DNA of 33,409 nucleotides, taken from positions 1 through 33,409 of the forward strand of contig JANPEF010000095.1 in NCBI GenBank assembly GCA_031431875.1. The letters are read 5' to 3'. Every line of letters begins with the position of its first letter. Position 1 is the stretch's first letter. Of the stretch, positions 31,192 to 33,409 are shown piece by piece. The position numbers and the translations under genes are program-made. This stretch comes from Candidatus Eiseniibacteriota bacterium. Lineage in GTDB: Bacteria; Eisenbacteria; RBG-16-71-46; DASYSL01. The notes beneath the pieces are model-generated. The model was given only the letters and a program-made list of their open reading frames with translations, was not told the origin of the DNA and ran no database searches.

Positions 31192-32540
31192 CAGGCGCCC
31201 CGGCGCACGGGCGGCAGGTCGAGCGCGTCGTCGTTCGACAGGCGCGGCGCGAGGGCCGGAAACGTGCCCGCGGCGACGAGCCGCTGGAGGGCTTTCACGA
31301 CCGCCGCGTCGAACTGGGTCCCGGCGTGCTTGCCGAGCTCACCGACGGCGCGCGCCGGATCCATCGCCCGGCGATACGGTCGATCCGAAGTCATCGCATC
31401 GTAGGCGTCGGCGACCATGACGATGCGCGAGCCGATCGGGATGTCGTCACCCCGCAGTCCCGCGGGGTAGCCGAGGCCGTCGGGGCGTTCGTGATGATTG
31501 CGCACGATCGCGGAGGCGCCCCGCAGGGCGCGCACCTTGGCCACGATCTCCGCTCCCTCCGCCGGGTGGGCGCGCATGGTCGCCTGCTCCTCGAGCGACA
31601 GACGCCCTGGCTTGGTGAGGATGTACTGGTACTGTCGGCCGACCTTTCCCAGATCGTGCAGCAGGGCGCCGTACTCGAGGTCGAGGACGGCCCGCTCCGA
31701 CATACCGAGCGCACGGGCGATGATCTTCGAGTACTCGGCGACCCGCACCGAATGCTGCCGCGTGTAGGGATCGACTTCCTCGAGCACCTCGGACAGCGCG
31801 CGGACGAACTCGAGCAGGTCCTGCTTCATCTCGAAGTAGCGGCGGAAGGACAGCGCCGCGATCAGCAGCGGCAGGCAGAACATCACGAGCGCAGCGGGGC
31901 CGCCGCGGAAGAACGCGAACGCGGCCACGACGCCGAGCGCGATCATTCCCAGATGCTGCGCCGCGGTCACCGCGTAGTTCACCTGGAATACGCGCGTCAG
32001 GGATCCCGCGCCGGTCAGCGCCAGCACGGTCGAGAGCCCGATGCCGTTGACGAAGAAATAGGTCAACCCGGCGAGGCCGATCGCAAACGCGTCGCCTGGC
32101 AGGTCGAGCCGCCCGGATGAGCCGCCCAGGCCGTGCAGCACGGCGTCGGCCGCGCCGATCATGAGGACGTACAGCGCAGCGTTGAACACCGTGCGCTGCA
32201 GCGGCTTCTTGCGCACCATGAGCTGGGCGACGAGCGTCGAAGCCACGTTGAGCGCCGCCGTCCACGGCCCGCCGAAGATGAGGAGCGCCGCGAAATCGAG
32301 GCTGGCGCCGGGCGTGGCGAAGCCGCCGCCGGGCATGCGCACCGGGGCCAGGTCGGCGAGGATCATGAGGCAGAGCGTGACGGCGAGGCCCGTCCACGGG
32401 AGCGGGTCGAGCCCGGGCGCATGCCCGATCAGCCAGGCGAGCGCGCCGGCCACGACGAGCCCATAGAACGGGAGGAACAGGGGATGGCGCGCGGACGGTC
32501 CGGGGCTCGACGGGGCCGTCCTTGCTGCACGCACTTCCAT
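31191..32540 (-). CDS. Membrane-sensor HD-GYP cyclic-dinucleotide phosphodiesterase (multi-TM, MASE9-like N-terminal domain)
   Basis: About 230 aa with many hydrophobic helices, then DPYTRQHS, LLHDLGK, HHERPDGLGYP, VADAYDAMTSDRPYR. GAGGT RBS 10 nt before ATG at 32540. The MASE9 label is from recall, not a search. Confidence 0.92.
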   Translation of the reverse strand: MEVRAARTAPSSPGPSARHPLFLPFYGLVVAGALAWLIGHAPGLDPLPWTGLAVTLCLMILADLAPVRMPGGGFATPGASLDFAALLIFGGPWTAALNVASTLVAQLMVRKKPLQRTVFNAALYVLMIGAADAVLHGLGGSSGRLDLPGDAFAIGLAGLTYFFVNGIGLSTVLALTGAGSLTRVFQVNYAVTAAQHLGMIALGVVAAFAFFRGGPAALVMFCLPLLIAALSFRRYFEMKQDLLEFVRALSEVLEEVDPYTRQHSVRVAEYSKIIARALGMSERAVLDLEYGALLHDLGKVGRQYQYILTKPGRLSLEEQATMRAHPAEGAEIVAKVRALRGASAIVRNHHERPDGLGYPAGLRGDDIPIGSRIVMVADAYDAMTSDRPYRRAMDPARAVGELGKHAGTQFDAAVVKALQRLVAAGTFPALAPRLSNDDALDLPPVRRGA

Positions 32541-32558
32541 CCCTGGGCACACCTCACA

Positions 32559-32581
32559 TGAAAGAAGAGACCGACACCGAC
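32559..32581 (-). promoter_or_regulatory. 3' arm of a long-range inverted repeat followed by a U-rich tract (terminator/attenuator-like)
   Basis: Minus strand GUCGGUGUCGGUCUC-UUCUUU; the arm is complementary to 32916-32930. Confidence 0.5.
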
Positions 32582-32635
32582 CTGGGGCTCATCTACCCTG
32601 GCAGCGATCCGGACTCAGCGAGGGTCGTCGTTCCA

Positions 32636-32653
32636 CCGCGGGCGAACCCGCGG
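32636..32653 (-). other. RNA hairpin with a UUCG tetraloop just after the peptide stop codon
   Basis: Minus strand CCGCGGG-UUCG-CCCGCGG, a perfect 7-bp GC stem with no adjacent U tract. Confidence 0.65.
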
Positions 32654-32657
32654 GGAC

Positions 32658-32810
32658 CTACCAACCAGCCTTGCCCTTATCGGACGTCGCGTCGTCCCAG
32701 CCGCCCTTGCCATCATCACCAGCGGCCTGGTCCCAACCCGCCTTGCCGTCGTCGGAAATCGTGAAGATATCGACAACGGAGTCAGCCAGCAGCATCAAGA
32801 TCGAAAGCAT
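32658..32810 (-). CDS. Small multi-core Trp-repeat peptide, 50 aa: MLSILMLLADSVVDIFTIS-DDGKAGW-DQAAG-DDGKGGW-DDATS-DKGKAGW
   Basis: Hand-translated; it is shorter than any ORF in the track. Strong RBS 7 nt before ATG. Three repeats at a 12-aa period with synonymous codon variation; TAG directly after the last Trp. Confidence 0.85.
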   Translation of the reverse strand: MLSILMLLADSVVDIFTISDDGKAGWDQAAGDDGKGGWDDATSDKGKAGW

Positions 32811-32817
32811 GTGAGAA

Positions 32818-32826
32818 CACCTCCCC
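32818..32826 (-). promoter_or_regulatory. Strong Shine-Dalgarno sequence of the peptide gene
   Basis: GGGGAGGTG on the minus strand, 7 nt upstream of ATG at 32810. Confidence 0.85.
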
Positions 32827-32865
32827 TAGACTACGTTGAGAACGGAGGAGCCGGACGGCCCCTCG

Positions 32866-32910
32866 CTTCGTTGGGTTGGCGCTCCGCTTCGGATCTTCGC
32901 TTCGCTTCGC
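32866..32910 (-). repeat. CGAAG pentamer repeats in the peptide 5' leader
   Basis: Five CGAAG copies (three in tandem at 32895-32909, plus 32887-32891 and 32866-32870) and one CGGAG variant (32882-32886). Confidence 0.6.
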
Positions 32911-32911
32911 C

Positions 32912-33409
32912 TTACGCCGATGTCGGTCTCAGTTCGTACTCCACAGGCTCGGCCACCCGAAGGCCGCCGAGCACCCGGTTGACCGCGGCCAGCGTCGCGT
33001 AGACCACCGACTGGGTCAGATCCTGTTCCACGGTGCAGGCCCCCACCAGCGTCTTTTCCGAGCGCTGGGCGAGGAGCTTCACCGCCACCACCACCGTGTC
33101 CTGTCGGCCCATCCGGACGACCTCGACGTCGTGCGCCGAGAGCGTCACATCGGGACCGAGGAACGGCGCCAGCGCCGACAGCGTCGCCGACGCGAGCAAC
33201 CGGTGTGCGTTGTCCCGGGCGGACGCGCCGGTCGCATTGCCGACCCGGGTCGTGCCCTGCCAGGACAACTCGACTTCGGCCTGCGTCCGCAGGCCGCTGA
33301 CGAACAGGTTCGCATTGACGAACCGGATCCTTGTCGTTTCGGCAGGCCCGGGAACCGGGACTGCAGAAACCGTTTTTGACTCCGCCACCACCGAGGGCGC
33401 CGGGGGAAG
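32912..33409 (-). CDS. Hypothetical protein, 5'-truncated by the window; C-terminal alpha/beta domain
   Basis: Frame stays open to the window edge (LPPAPS-VVAESK...). A Pro-rich linker precedes RIRFVNANL..EVELSW..ASATLSAL..LVGAC..SVVYATLAAVNR. Confidence 0.75.
   Translation of the reverse strand, partial: LPPAPSVVAESKTVSAVPVPGPAETTRIRFVNANLFVSGLRTQAEVELSWQGTTRVGNATGASARDNAHRLLASATLSALAPFLGPDVTLSAHDVEVVRMGRQDTVVVAVKLLAQRSEKTLVGACTVEQDLTQSVVYATLAAVNRVLGGLRVAEPVEYELRPTSA

Noticed and set aside
32661..32753. 36-nt-period direct repeats resembling a mini CRISPR array
   Set aside because: The period is too short for repeat plus spacer, variation falls largely at synonymous codon positions, and there are no cas genes. 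The peptide ORF explains the repeats.
32522..32764. Plus-strand 80-aa ORF, and other plus-strand ORFs at 32811-33379
   Set aside because: Antisense to the better-supported peptide and hypothetical genes, with no recognisable motifs.
32658..32810. Trp-attenuator leader peptide interpretation
   Set aside because: Trp codons are 12 codons apart rather than tandem, and no trp biosynthesis or transport gene follows. Not strictly excluded.
32877..32892. Plus-strand TGGCGC-N5-TTCG resembling a sigma54 -24/-12 promoter
   Set aside because: The conserved -12 GC is absent, and it points opposite to all supported genes.
32567..32930. MITE or transposon terminal inverted repeats around the peptide gene
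   Set aside because: One arm is coding sequence of the upstream gene, no target-site duplication or transposase is seen, and the mismatches fit G-U RNA pairing.

Overview
Very GC-rich bacterial chromosome segment from a diderm organism. The gene order and the LpxC-FabZ fusion suggest an FCB-superphylum or Gemmatimonadota/Eisenbacteria-like lineage (inference). Every gene I can support is on the minus strand, in one tightly packed run with many 1- to 4-nt stop/start overlaps. In transcription order: a 5'-truncated hypothetical protein, an unannotated 50-aa Trp-repeat peptide, a membrane-sensor HD-GYP phosphodiesterase, purM, a sensorless sigma54 activator, a Gfo/Idh/MocA oxidoreductase, lnt, asd, an ecfT-like gene, truA, an HtrA-like protease, purB, purL, purQ, a double-length PurS-like protein, purF, lysS, lolC/E, lolD, mcsA, mcsB, clpC, bamA, skp, lpxD, lpxC-fabZ, lpxA, a gnnA-like oxidoreductase, lpxB, and the start of another gene. 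The standout is the module at 31191-33409. A small ORF missed by the ORF track (32658-32810) encodes three D(D/K)GK(A/G)GW cores behind a strong RBS. It sits inside a 15-bp long-range RNA stem and directly upstream of a multi-TM HD-GYP enzyme. This is a candidate peptide-signal / cyclic-dinucleotide signalling system, inferred from sequence only.
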